The notes: generated by a model from the letters alone, not told the origin. Shown: positions 18,144 through 28,496, counted from the stretch's first letter. The stretch is DNA of 64,000 nt from an uncultured virus (IMG/VR IMGVR_UViG_3300022200_004366) (IMGVR_UViG_3300022200_004366), one strand, 5' to 3'. Numbers and translations: made by a program.

Positions 18144-19627
18144 ACTTTAACATTATACTTACGTTCAAACCGATCGGCATCTCGTCGGTTGTTAACCATT
18201 GGTTCTCCTCTGATGTTTAAACTTGTGTTTAACAACATAGGGCAACCAGTGAGTGCGTACCAATGCTCTAATAGCTTACGAATACCTGTGTTATCATTGG
18301 GTACTGTTTGTACACGGCTTGTTCCATCAACATGTACAATAGCAGGGAATTCATTGGGTTTAGTACAACGTGCCACAACTTGCATATATGGACTTGTTTC
18401 AAATCCATGCGGCATGTCAAAATATTCATGCGCATGTTCTTCAAGTATTACAGGAGCAAACGGACGAAAACGTTGTCTGCGCTTAATATCGTTTACTCGA
18501 TCTTTAATATCCGGACCTCTTGGATCTGCTAGCAGAGAGCGTGTGCCTAACGCACGTGGTCCAAATTCAGCACGTCCACTTGCTACTCCTACAATCTTTG
18601 TAGACAACAACTCGTCTAATAATGCTTTAACAGGATACTCTCCAGGAATATTGTGTCCTAAGAAAGCATCTGTCCAGTTTAACTTTTTACCGTACGCAAG
18701 TGCTGCTGCGCCTAGTGAACTACCAGCATCACCTGGGTTAGGCATAACCCAAATGTTTTCAAAGAAATTACCTAAGTTGCGATTTGCTAAACAGTTAAGT
18801 GCTACCCCGCCCATATATACTAGATTCTTCGATTTACTAAGTTGACGAGCTTTACTCATGATATTGTAAATCATATGCTCCGTAATGTGCTGCGTACTAT
18901 TAGCAATGTCTTCTAAGTTAGCAGTTTCATCTAAGAACTCGCCTGTGCCAATGTGTAAGTTTTGTTTAAAGCGTGGCGGATTAAGTGTTTCCACAAATTG
19001 ATCCATAATGTCATCGCAGTAGTTAGGCTTTCCATAACCTACCATGCCCATTAAGATATATTCTTCGTCAAGTGGGCGCAAGCCGCAACGTTGTGTAAAT
19101 GCTGAATAGAATAACCCAATGGACTGTGGGTACTTCATGCTCCATAGTTTTTTATACTTTGCTTCGCCTTTTTTGTTATATTCAGCATGCCAAATTGAAA
19201 TAGTGTCTAGTTCGCCAATGGCATCAATAACAACTACTGTAGCATCACTATATGGACTTGTTTGAAACCCCGCTGCGGCATGTGACTTGTGGTGTGTGTA
19301 TTGCTTTAATTTTTTATTGTATAATAAGTTTTCGTGCCCAATGAATTGCCTTGACAATACGTCACGCAAACTAAAATCCCATTGTGTAATACGTTCGCCA
19401 GAACGGAATTGACGCAGTTTCTTTAGCCAATGATTTTCGTAGTATGCTATAGTATCAATGTCGCCATAACTGGCCGCTTCTTCTAGTATATCATAGCACA
19501 GATTTGGATCGTGTTTATGTTTACTATATCGTTCACTATGAGCAGCAAACAAAATTTCCCCTGCTGGATCGACTACGCTTACACCAGCATCGTGGAATCC
19601 TGCGCTGATACCTAGAATGTTACCCAT
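18134..19627 (-). CDS. carbamoyltransferase (NodU/CmcH/TobZ family)
   Basis: HDAG, SERY, HHKSHAA, GGVALNC, PGDAG, RAEFGPRALG, FRPFAP, HVDGTSRVQTV, LLNTSLN. Confidence 0.95.
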   Translation of the reverse strand: MGNILGISAGFHDAGVSVVDPAGEILFAAHSERYSKHKHDPNLCYDILEEAASYGDIDTIAYYENHWLKKLRQFRSGERITQWDFSLRDVLSRQFIGHENLLYNKKLKQYTHHKSHAAAGFQTSPYSDATVVVIDAIGELDTISIWHAEYNKKGEAKYKKLWSMKYPQSIGLFYSAFTQRCGLRPLDEEYILMGMVGYGKPNYCDDIMDQFVETLNPPRFKQNLHIGTGEFLDETANLEDIANSTQHITEHMIYNIMSKARQLSKSKNLVYMGGVALNCLANRNLGNFFENIWVMPNPGDAGSSLGAAALAYGKKLNWTDAFLGHNIPGEYPVKALLDELLSTKIVGVASGRAEFGPRALGTRSLLADPRGPDIKDRVNDIKRRQRFRPFAPVILEEHAHEYFDMPHGFETSPYMQVVARCTKPNEFPAIVHVDGTSRVQTVPNDNTGIRKLLEHWYALTGCPMLLNTSLNIRGEPMVNNRRDADRFERKYNVKVCS

Positions 19628-20372
19628 TTCTCACCTGGTTGTTATATATACAGGCTTGCTCTAATATCGTCATTGGAGCACCTGCTTCGCGTGACTGTTT
19701 AATCATAGCACGTGTATCCTTAGGGAAACAATGTCCGCCCCAACCACGTTCAGCAGTTACATATGAATGGTCTGGACCAATACGTTCATCTCTACATAAA
19801 CTATAGCGTACACTTTCAAAGTCCGCTCCTACGTTTTCACATAGGTCATAAAGTTGGTTAAAGAAACTTACTTTAGTTGCTAAAAAACTATTTTCAGCGT
19901 ATTTGACAAGGCTTGCTTCGATATCTGTTATAAAATGTGCTGCGATATACGGAAATGCTTGTGTCCATACATCGAGCCAAAAGTCCTGATCGCCGCCGCC
20001 AAAAATAACGTAGTCCTGCGTAGCAAAATCTCTATCTGCTGTTTTAGCGCGAAGAAACTCTGGGCTATATGTGATTTCGTGATCAGGAAATCGTTTCTTT
20101 ATGTCCATTACACCATTGATGTCCACTGCTGATTTAATAATCACTGGTATGGTGCTATCTATAGTTTCTAGTACTTCCACTACATGTGAATAATCGCAAC
20201 TGCCATCAGAAGATTCGGGTGTATTAACACAAATGATTACACCCTTAACATCGGCAATATCAGCAACTGTTTTATTGTTGATCTTAGGATCGACAATTTC
20301 AATGTCCATGTATTTTTGGAACTTGTTTGCTACTGCGTGGCCTACAAAGCCATAACCTGCTATAACTATCAT
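19620..20372 (-). CDS. UDP-glucose/GDP-mannose 6-dehydrogenase family, short form
   Basis: GYGFVG, CVNTP, IIKS, SPEFL, KYAENSFLATKVSF, GGHCFPKD; no C-terminal UDP-binding domain. Confidence 0.88.
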   Translation of the reverse strand: MIVIAGYGFVGHAVANKFQKYMDIEIVDPKINNKTVADIADVKGVIICVNTPESSDGSCDYSHVVEVLETIDSTIPVIIKSAVDINGVMDIKKRFPDHEITYSPEFLRAKTADRDFATQDYVIFGGGDQDFWLDVWTQAFPYIAAHFITDIEASLVKYAENSFLATKVSFFNQLYDLCENVGADFESVRYSLCRDERIGPDHSYVTAERGWGGHCFPKDTRAMIKQSREAGAPMTILEQACIYNNQVRNG

Positions 20373-20470
20373 TTGTAGATAAATGGGTCGCGCTTACGTA
20401 ATTCTTTTAGTTTCTTTCTATAACGGATTTCAAGTTTAATCTTGTTCCATAGTCGTTTAAAAATATTCAT
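20369..20470 (-). CDS. 33-aa basic peptide (below the ORF-track cut-off)
   Basis: MNIFKRLWNKIKLEIRYRKKLKELRKRDPFIYK; TAATG overlap upstream and ATGA overlap downstream. Confidence 0.7.
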   Translation of the reverse strand: MNIFKRLWNKIKLEIRYRKKLKELRKRDPFIYK

Positions 20471-21552
20471 TAATGTTTTCCTATTGCTTCTATTTGTCGC
20501 TGTACAAAATCTGGATCACTCCACCGATAATCAAATTCAGCATACGCATCCGATGTGCGTATACTATATACATCTAAATACTTATAGAGTGTATTCCATA
20601 TACTATTATAATCTGCGGTTCCAAAAGAACGTTCTAAGTCTACTTGACCGACTTGCGGGTGGCCAATGGTTAACGATTTGTCATTAGGATCAAATCCATT
20701 ATTGATTAACCAATCTCTGAAATCACCTAACTGTTTTTTCATAAACTCATATTGACTTGGGTCTTGCCCCCATTCAATATCAAAATCTCCTGCGGCCAAT
20801 GTTTGCGATCTTAGTGTAGTTGTAGTAAGTTCGTCTAGTCTAGAATCTCGACCTTCGTCGTTAAACACTTCCCAGTGATGTTTTCCAACCGCTTTGTTAA
20901 CTCCTACAAAAACGCCACCCATTGGTCTAGCAATAGTATCTATACCAAACAGTTCATAGTCATTTTCGTCTAATTTAAACTTTGGAGCATTAATCCAGCA
21001 CATAAGTTGACTTGGTCGCATCCATTCAGGAGCATCAAACTTTTTACCATAACTCAATGCCCATGATTCAAATTCATGACATAATAAATTAACTTGTCTA
21101 ATATACCATTTTTGTTCGTCGGTTGCTTGTAGCGAATAAACAGCAGGATTTTGTGTAGTACCTTGTAACTCTTCAAAGTATCGATGAAGATGATTAAAAT
21201 GATCATGATTTACTACAATTCGCTCTTTGCCATTTTGTGTAGGAACCGTAGTTAAAGAATTTTCTAGTGTAAAATGATCATCAATATGATAATCTAGGTC
21301 GCTACTGTTAATATACGCAATTACACGATTAATTTCATTGATTAACAATTCACCGCTGCGATCACCATCAGCAAACCCAAAAAATTGATAATTCTTTTCT
21401 AAGTGTAAATTGCGATTTAATAAATCATTTAATGCTGTTAACCATTTACGAGAAAGAGAGCTGTTATATACATCAATATATATTGTATATAATTCGTTAG
21501 ATGAGGACCTCAAATCCATTCTAATCTTATCTAATATTTTGCCACCATTCAT
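20470..21552 (-). CDS. hypothetical protein
   Basis: 360-aa ORF in a coupled operon; no recognised motif; start uncertain. Confidence 0.75.
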   Translation of the reverse strand: MNGGKILDKIRMDLRSSSNELYTIYIDVYNSSLSRKWLTALNDLLNRNLHLEKNYQFFGFADGDRSGELLINEINRVIAYINSSDLDYHIDDHFTLENSLTTVPTQNGKERIVVNHDHFNHLHRYFEELQGTTQNPAVYSLQATDEQKWYIRQVNLLCHEFESWALSYGKKFDAPEWMRPSQLMCWINAPKFKLDENDYELFGIDTIARPMGGVFVGVNKAVGKHHWEVFNDEGRDSRLDELTTTTLRSQTLAAGDFDIEWGQDPSQYEFMKKQLGDFRDWLINNGFDPNDKSLTIGHPQVGQVDLERSFGTADYNSIWNTLYKYLDVYSIRTSDAYAEFDYRWSDPDFVQRQIEAIGKH

Positions 21553-22849
21553 GTATAGCAGGATCCTGTTCTAATATTTCATCCATTGTAATAGATTGCG
21601 TTCTAATACTTTCTAATTTTAAAATTCTCTCTTTGCCTTGACGCATACCGTCCGTATATTCATCTGGCCACTGCTCCTTGAGCGTGGGCCTATTCAGTAA
21701 TTGTTCTAGAACATCAACTAACGGTTGTTGATGTTTATCAGCATGTGGTTTAATCCGTTCTAACACAGACGTAACATACGGATCTAGTATGTGTCTTGGC
21801 AAAGAGAGAGGACTCATTACAATGTCTGGACTAAACGCAAAAGTAACCTTAGCAAGTATCTGTGTATTTAATTCCTTGCTAAGTTGGAACATATTTTCTA
21901 TTTCAAATAATCCCGGAAGAGTAAGTGTAAAGTCTAATCGCATCTGACGATCATTTGTTTGTATTGCCTGAGCGTCTTTATAGTTTTGTAAAAACTGTTC
22001 CCATTTTAATCCTGTGCGTATATATTCACCAACAGCACCAGTACCGTCTATACTCGCACAAATTTGCCAGTCTCGCAAATGTGCTAAAATATCTGTATAT
22101 AGATTTAACCCTTTATAGTTAACCTGCGAAAGATTGGTATTGTATCTAGCATATACACGTGGTCCATCACCTAATTCAATAACACGACGCATATAATCCC
22201 AATGTTCTTCAAACATCAATGGTTCGCCGCCAACCCAATAAATTTCTTCTACACGATGCTCTTCAACTGCTGTTCTAAGTTCTTGATTAACTGCTACAGT
22301 TTGAAATCTTTGTATCTGTTTACGCACTTCTGGAAGCATCCAGTTGTTTTTTGGATTACTTTTATCCCACATATTATGTTTCTTTTCTTCTGCTTCCCAA
22401 GAACTAGAAAGCATATCACCGCACATACGACATTTAAAATTACATAAGTTTGAAAACCGATAATCCCAACTCACAGGTTTCATTGTTGTATAACCTGATT
22501 CGTCTGTGGTTTTCCATATTTGATCATATTTGTGCTTAAACAAATGTTTAAAATAACTGCGGTATACATCTGTATTAAGAAGTTTATGATTACACACTTG
22601 GCACTCTTCTGGTATATCGCCTGACATCATTTTAACACGCACATTACGCACGTGTTCTGAATTCCACCATTCATCTAATGTTAGTGGATCGTAATTTCCT
22701 GTTCCTGATTTGGTGTCAATATACTGTGTAAAATTTTGCGCAGGTTCTCTGCTAGCGCAACAAAGTCGACGTTCACTTTGCGGCGAAAGATATGTATGTG
22801 TCCACGGAGCCATACATAAGAATTCAGGTGTAACGTTAGGCTTTTCCAA
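21527..22849 (-). CDS. radical SAM protein with N-terminal twitch/SPASM-like domain
   Basis: CMAPW...CC...CQVC, then CNFKCRMC, GGEP, YNTN, ASIDG. Confidence 0.92.
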   Translation of the reverse strand: MEKPNVTPEFLCMAPWTHTYLSPQSERRLCCASREPAQNFTQYIDTKSGTGNYDPLTLDEWWNSEHVRNVRVKMMSGDIPEECQVCNHKLLNTDVYRSYFKHLFKHKYDQIWKTTDESGYTTMKPVSWDYRFSNLCNFKCRMCGDMLSSSWEAEEKKHNMWDKSNPKNNWMLPEVRKQIQRFQTVAVNQELRTAVEEHRVEEIYWVGGEPLMFEEHWDYMRRVIELGDGPRVYARYNTNLSQVNYKGLNLYTDILAHLRDWQICASIDGTGAVGEYIRTGLKWEQFLQNYKDAQAIQTNDRQMRLDFTLTLPGLFEIENMFQLSKELNTQILAKVTFAFSPDIVMSPLSLPRHILDPYVTSVLERIKPHADKHQQPLVDVLEQLLNRPTLKEQWPDEYTDGMRQGKERILKLESIRTQSITMDEILEQDPAIHEWWQNIR

Positions 22850-24428
22850 ATAAACACTCTGCTAATTCTGGCAAATAATCACGCATATTCTGTTCTCTAC
22901 GCTTGTCCATACGCAAGATATCGTCGCGTAAAACATTTGAATCAGTGTCTTTGCTATTCATAAAGAAAGCAATGTTTTTAAACTCTCGATAGTGTTTTGG
23001 GTTTACTTCTGCTCTCAATAATCTTTCTGTAGCACGTAATTTTGCTTCTTTAGGCAAACTGGTTACGCAATGCTGCGGGGCATCGTGTAACATATTCCAG
23101 TATACAAAATCAAATCCTTGTACATCAATCCAATTGGCAAGTTCTTCTAAGTACATTACATTAAACACATTAACAGTAGAGCAAACTTGTAGTGTTATAT
23201 TATCATTGCGTGCTCTGAGTTTTTTAAAACGCTCTAAATTTTTTTCTAATGTGTGCCAATCTGCTCCGTATCGTTGATATTCAAAACGATCTCGCAAATC
23301 ATCAATGCTAAATGCTATTTCAACATGTTTAAATGGCTTCCAAATATCTTCATTATTAGGATACAGGGTTGTATTTGTATTATAGTGTACCTCAATATCT
23401 TTAGCGTAGTTGTGGTCAATTAAATATTGCAAAAAATCAAAATGTTCTTGAATCATAAATGGTTCACCGCCGGTAAATTCAATGTATCGAATTCCCGACG
23501 ACATATTATGTAACTCGTCCCAGAAAGTTAGACTTTTTCGAGGCCAGTTTCCGCGGCGATTTACTTTATAAGGGAAACTATCTTTGCGATCCTCTAATGG
23601 GAGTTCTCTTAACTCTTCTCCAGCATAGGTACTAGAACTCCAAGAACCACAAATACGGCATGCAATGTTACAAATATTTCCTAATTTTAAATCTAAGAAC
23701 ATTAAATCTTTTGGGTCTGTTGTCCATTCTTTGTCAGTCACCAACATATTTGACAATCGTAAAATAGTATTCATTCGTTTACTAGTTCGATTTGACTTTT
23801 CTTCTTCCCAACATTTATTGCATTCAACAGGCTGAATTCCTTTAAGGAACGCCAAACGTAATTGATTCATGTACTCTGATTGGTGTGCTGTTTTTAAACT
23901 ATCATTGTTTAGATCAAACTTAATACCATAATCATTGACAATCTCACCGTTAAACATGCAACAGGGGCGAATCGTTCCAAATGGACTGGCTTCTACACTA
24001 ATCCAGGGCAAAACACAGAACTTGTTATGCGGGAGATTCATTTTATCTACTTTATTTTGATCTGTAATCAATTTATCTTTAACCATTGCTGGCAATTTAA
24101 TTAATTCTTTTCCATTGAAATACTGCGCCGGTTGTGGATCAAAACTAATATTTTTAGTAACCCAATTTATATCATCTAAAATATTATCATTGGTTGATAC
24201 TATTACAACAAAATCATTACCGATATCAATATCATTTAACGCAAGTTGAATTTCTATTAACTTTTGTCTAGATTGAGAAGCACTGATTACAAATACAATT
24301 CTTTCATTATGATCATACGTTTCTTTAAAAGAATTTTTACAAAAATCGTTGATTTCTGCTACTGTAGTGCTATCAAAAATTACTATTGTATTAAGAACTT
24401 TAACTAATTCTTCAAGATGTTTAATCAT
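22836..24428 (-). CDS. radical SAM protein with twitch-like domain and extra N-terminal domain
   Basis: CVLPW...PCC...CNKC, then CNIACRIC, GGEP, YNTN, FSID. Confidence 0.92.
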   Translation of the reverse strand: MIKHLEELVKVLNTIVIFDSTTVAEINDFCKNSFKETYDHNERIVFVISASQSRQKLIEIQLALNDIDIGNDFVVIVSTNDNILDDINWVTKNISFDPQPAQYFNGKELIKLPAMVKDKLITDQNKVDKMNLPHNKFCVLPWISVEASPFGTIRPCCMFNGEIVNDYGIKFDLNNDSLKTAHQSEYMNQLRLAFLKGIQPVECNKCWEEEKSNRTSKRMNTILRLSNMLVTDKEWTTDPKDLMFLDLKLGNICNIACRICGSWSSSTYAGEELRELPLEDRKDSFPYKVNRRGNWPRKSLTFWDELHNMSSGIRYIEFTGGEPFMIQEHFDFLQYLIDHNYAKDIEVHYNTNTTLYPNNEDIWKPFKHVEIAFSIDDLRDRFEYQRYGADWHTLEKNLERFKKLRARNDNITLQVCSTVNVFNVMYLEELANWIDVQGFDFVYWNMLHDAPQHCVTSLPKEAKLRATERLLRAEVNPKHYREFKNIAFFMNSKDTDSNVLRDDILRMDKRREQNMRDYLPELAECLFGKA

Positions 24429-25735
24429 ATTTGTAATGCTTTTAATTCGGGTATATAGTCTAACACATTTTCATTGCGAATGCTATCTAATTGTTGAGTT
24501 TTATCCCAAAACTTTTGTAGTAGTGTTGAGTTGTCATTGTTTAAAAAGTTAAGAGCAGAACGGTAACCAGTTGAAGCACGATTCAAATGATCCTGCGGTC
24601 CTAACCATTCTAAATGTCTATTATATCTTTCTCGTATCGCATCTTTGTATTCCGGAGTAGCAATATCAATTCTATAATGTGCTGGATCTTGTAAAATATT
24701 AATATTAAAATCCTGCGGGTTAATCCATCCTTTTAAACACCAATCTCTATGAAAGTCTGTAATATGTAATGCGTTAAAAATGCTTAATGTGGCACTAATG
24801 TAAAAATCAACATGTGGGCATTCGCGTCTTAGGTCTTGAATGTTTTGCTCAACGTCGGCCCAGCGAGTACCAGAGCGTATGTATTCCGCATAAGCACCCA
24901 TACCATCTAAACTTGCGCCCACACTTACATTTGGAAAATGCTTCCACATATCAAACGCACGCTTATCTTTTAGTTTAACTTGTGTAAAGTTTGTATTATA
25001 AATTAATCGAACATCAGTCCGTCCAATTTTAATAAGTTCTTCAAGTATAGCATAGTGTTCTTCCATTACAAGTGGTTCGCCACCGGCAAAGTAAATTTGT
25101 TCAACATAATTAGCATTAGACATTAATTGCCATAACGCATCTTTTTCATTCTTTCCGGCATAGGTCAATTGCGGGTTAGTTTTAGCATAGTCTGATCCTG
25201 CTAAAGCAATTTGATCTTTATACCATTGCGAACTAAAGATGTGTCCGCAACTACGACATTTTAGATTACAAAGGTTTGAAAATCGCACGTCCCAGTAAGT
25301 CTGCGTAAAGCCTAAATAACGTCCATTGGGTTCTGTGAATTCAATACGTTTGATGTGGTGTCCGTGATGTTTGTTTGCTGACTTACGTCCGGAAAAGAAT
25401 CCAGCATCTTCTTGTTCATAGCAACGTGTACAATAACTGTTTTTGCGGCCTTCAAGCATATCCAATCGTAATTCTCGCATACGCTCAGAATTTTGAAGTT
25501 CAAACATTGACTCTTCTTTTAATGTTCCAAGAGGGCCAGCAGCCATTTCCGCATGACAACATGGCCAGGTTTCACCAGTTGGGTATGTATGTAAATGAAT
25601 CCACGGATAGATACAAAACGTTTTTGAATCACGTAATAGTTCAGTTTCTTGATCTGTTAATTCTTCGGGTTTAACCTTTACTGGTTCCCAACTGTTGTAA
25701 TCATAACTCACTATACCATGCTCCAATATGTTCAA
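24425..25735 (-). CDS. radical SAM protein with N-terminal twitch-like domain
   Basis: CIYPW...PCC...CTRC, then CNLKCRSC, GGEP, ASLDG; true start possibly GTG at 25711. Confidence 0.92.
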   Translation of the reverse strand: MNILEHGIVSYDYNSWEPVKVKPEELTDQETELLRDSKTFCIYPWIHLHTYPTGETWPCCHAEMAAGPLGTLKEESMFELQNSERMRELRLDMLEGRKNSYCTRCYEQEDAGFFSGRKSANKHHGHHIKRIEFTEPNGRYLGFTQTYWDVRFSNLCNLKCRSCGHIFSSQWYKDQIALAGSDYAKTNPQLTYAGKNEKDALWQLMSNANYVEQIYFAGGEPLVMEEHYAILEELIKIGRTDVRLIYNTNFTQVKLKDKRAFDMWKHFPNVSVGASLDGMGAYAEYIRSGTRWADVEQNIQDLRRECPHVDFYISATLSIFNALHITDFHRDWCLKGWINPQDFNINILQDPAHYRIDIATPEYKDAIRERYNRHLEWLGPQDHLNRASTGYRSALNFLNNDNSTLLQKFWDKTQQLDSIRNENVLDYIPELKALQI

Positions 25736-27059
25736 ATGTATCTATTATGTTCTTTCCGCGGCGATTATCGTATTGCGCATAAAACTGTTTAAAATCATTA
25801 TGTAACTTTGGCATGTCAAACGTATCTGAATGCGGAGTCTTAACGACATCTAAATAATCAATTAATCTTTGTATTTGATTAATTTCGTGTTCGTGTAACA
25901 ATAGATTTTGCCAGGCATTGTTTTCTAGCCAGACATCTAGTTCATCCGCAAACATCATACGTAATTCATCGGGCAACACTAACGGTGACTGGAAACTTGG
26001 AAAACGCAGTATGTTTAATGTAAACGAAGGATAATTGCGTCCGTATTTACGCTTTAATTTTAGCATCCACTCTAAAAAGTCTACTAGGCTTTCCAAGCAT
26101 AGTGCGTTAATCGTACACATAACATGAAAGCCATTGACTTTGCCTTCAGACAGCACACGCTCTACATTTGCTTGCCATTGTTCCCAATTTAGCCCATCGC
26201 GGATATATTCTGCGTGTGCTCCAACACTTTCGTTGCTGGTATACAACTGGAAATTTTCAATGTTATGACTTGCTTCAATTAAGCGATCTAACTTATCGGT
26301 GTCGATTCCAAGATTACTGTTTAAAGCAAACGTTACTGAACTTTTATTTTCCACAAACCAATCAATTAATCGCATAGTATGCGGGCTCATCATTGGTTCT
26401 CCACCTGTTAGGCGTAACTCTTGTAACGTTTTGTGTAAGTCTGATTCCCACCATTTAAAGAATGCTTCTACATAAGGGTTAGTTTCATTTGGTTTATATA
26501 ACTGTGCTGAATCGTGCGTATGCGTGAAGTGATTACGGCCGTCGGATATTAACCCAACATAAGGACCATGTTTCTTTAAATCGGTTACCCATTGAGTACT
26601 AAACGCAGGATTACAATAACTACAGGCAAACTGACAAGTTCTATCAAACGCAATTTCTAATGTTCTTAAGTCAACGTCTGCTGTAGGATCAGATGCCATT
26701 GCTGTAATAATGTCCCACTCATTATAGATTATAGTTTTGTAAACACGGTCACTAATGTTGTCGCGTCCAATGTCTTCGATCTTCCAGCAATATTCGCAAC
26801 CTAGTGGACGTTCTCCTTTTAACATCTGGGCACGATCTTGTTTCTTTTGTGGACTATTATGTAATGCTTTTGGATTAAGTGTTACATCCGCAACATTTAC
26901 TAAATGCGCCGGAGGATGATGACAACTTGTAGTCATTCCAGATCCTAACCATATGGTAGCGTTATACCACTTTGCTGCGCAAAAACTTGGGCTAAATTCA
27001 TCGATCCATTGTTTAATCTCTAAGTCTGTATTACGTCCAGGCTTACGTAGTGTATTCAT
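25701..27059 (-). CDS. radical SAM protein with N-terminal twitch-like domain
   Basis: SFCAAKW...SCHHP...CEYCW, then CQFACSYC, TGGEP. Confidence 0.92.
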   Translation of the reverse strand: MNTLRKPGRNTDLEIKQWIDEFSPSFCAAKWYNATIWLGSGMTTSCHHPPAHLVNVADVTLNPKALHNSPQKKQDRAQMLKGERPLGCEYCWKIEDIGRDNISDRVYKTIIYNEWDIITAMASDPTADVDLRTLEIAFDRTCQFACSYCNPAFSTQWVTDLKKHGPYVGLISDGRNHFTHTHDSAQLYKPNETNPYVEAFFKWWESDLHKTLQELRLTGGEPMMSPHTMRLIDWFVENKSSVTFALNSNLGIDTDKLDRLIEASHNIENFQLYTSNESVGAHAEYIRDGLNWEQWQANVERVLSEGKVNGFHVMCTINALCLESLVDFLEWMLKLKRKYGRNYPSFTLNILRFPSFQSPLVLPDELRMMFADELDVWLENNAWQNLLLHEHEINQIQRLIDYLDVVKTPHSDTFDMPKLHNDFKQFYAQYDNRRGKNIIDTFEHIGAWYSEL

Positions 27060-27077
27060 ATTGTTTACTTAATTTGT

Positions 27078-28496
27078 TTATTGCTGTTGTGCAAAATATT
27101 TGCACTCGTTCCACCAAGAACTCATTTCCGGAAATGTTTCTATAAAATTATACCCATGCCGCTTATCATATTCGTTAAAGAAACGATAAAAATCTGCTTT
27201 GTTTTGCTCCTTGTTCTCAGCCGGTTGGCGCATCCAGGCAATGTCTCTATCCATACGATTTATTTCGTAGTCTTTAAATCCTTTAAAGCGTGTTTCAGGT
27301 GTTTCGCAATGTTCTATCATCCATGTCAATAAATCTTCAAGTTTATCAGCATACATGTCTGGGAGTAATCGTAACGACTGCCATTTAGGAGTATGTAAGA
27401 CTGGGGTATCAAACCATACACGTTGATATGTATTTGAATACACTTGTCTTAGTCCGTGTATAGCCGGAATAAGTTTATCTAGACTTGTAACAGATAAATT
27501 ATTCATTGTAACAATAAATGTTAAACTACTTCTATATGGTACTTCATTTAAAAATTGGTTAACTCGATCCCATAATAAATTAAAATCTAGTCCGGCTCGC
27601 ATATATTCTGCTTGTTTGCCAAATCCATCTAGCGATACATATTGCATAAAGTGTTCTATATTTTCACCTTCGTTGCAAATACGTTTTACATAGTCAATGT
27701 ACTTGTCCCAGAGTTTTTGCTCTACCGACAGGTTAGATGTTACGTTTAGATGTAAGTCTGGTTTTGGATTCTCTAATACATAATCAAACACACGATATGT
27801 ATTTTTATCCATTAGTGGTTCTCCGCCTGTCATACGGAAGTGTTTTAAATCTGGGTATAAACCAGGCCACCATTTCCAGAATGCTTCCACATACGGATTG
27901 TATTCCGAGTGCGGAATAGGACGACGTTCTCCTTGAAAATGTACCGGGTCGTTATGCGGTGTACTTGTTGGATATGCACCGTATTCTTTTGCCTGGCGCA
28001 TCCACGAACTGCTAAATTGAGGTGAACAATAACTACACTCTAAATTACAAGCAGAGTTAAAGTTCACCTCAACATATGCAGGGTTAGTGTCTGCCATTGA
28101 ATCGTCCACAACCTCATCAAACTTTTCAATAGCCCACGGTTCTCCCGAACGATAGTGTCTGTCACTAAGTTTGCCGTTGTCTTCCATTGCCCAGCAATAA
28201 AAGCACTCCTCAGGACGTTCGCCTGCAATCATCTTTTCACGCTGTAGTTTTTTATAATCAGTGTTATGCAACTTACTGGGATTTCCGTCGAGTTCCTCTA
28301 CAGGAATTTTATGCAGCGGAGGATGATAACATGAATTATTCATGCCATTGGTTAAATGCAAACTTACCTGCTTCCACTTAGCCAAGCAGAAACTTGGACT
28401 TACAGTATCTAATTTTTGTTGTGCTCTTTCTGCATCACTTAAGAACTTTGATTTAAAGTCCTTGTCTACTTCGTCACCTTTGTTTTGTTCAACCAT
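27078..28496 (-). CDS. radical SAM protein with N-terminal twitch-like domain
   Basis: SFCLAKW...SCYHP...CFYCW, then CNLECSYC, TGGEP, VSLDG. Confidence 0.92.
   Translation of the reverse strand: MVEQNKGDEVDKDFKSKFLSDAERAQQKLDTVSPSFCLAKWKQVSLHLTNGMNNSCYHPPLHKIPVEELDGNPSKLHNTDYKKLQREKMIAGERPEECFYCWAMEDNGKLSDRHYRSGEPWAIEKFDEVVDDSMADTNPAYVEVNFNSACNLECSYCSPQFSSSWMRQAKEYGAYPTSTPHNDPVHFQGERRPIPHSEYNPYVEAFWKWWPGLYPDLKHFRMTGGEPLMDKNTYRVFDYVLENPKPDLHLNVTSNLSVEQKLWDKYIDYVKRICNEGENIEHFMQYVSLDGFGKQAEYMRAGLDFNLLWDRVNQFLNEVPYRSSLTFIVTMNNLSVTSLDKLIPAIHGLRQVYSNTYQRVWFDTPVLHTPKWQSLRLLPDMYADKLEDLLTWMIEHCETPETRFKGFKDYEINRMDRDIAWMRQPAENKEQNKADFYRFFNEYDKRHGYNFIETFPEMSSWWNECKYFAQQQ

Noticed and set aside
18189..18845. 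218-aa plus-strand ORF
   Set aside because: Antisense to the well-supported carbamoyltransferase; no motifs
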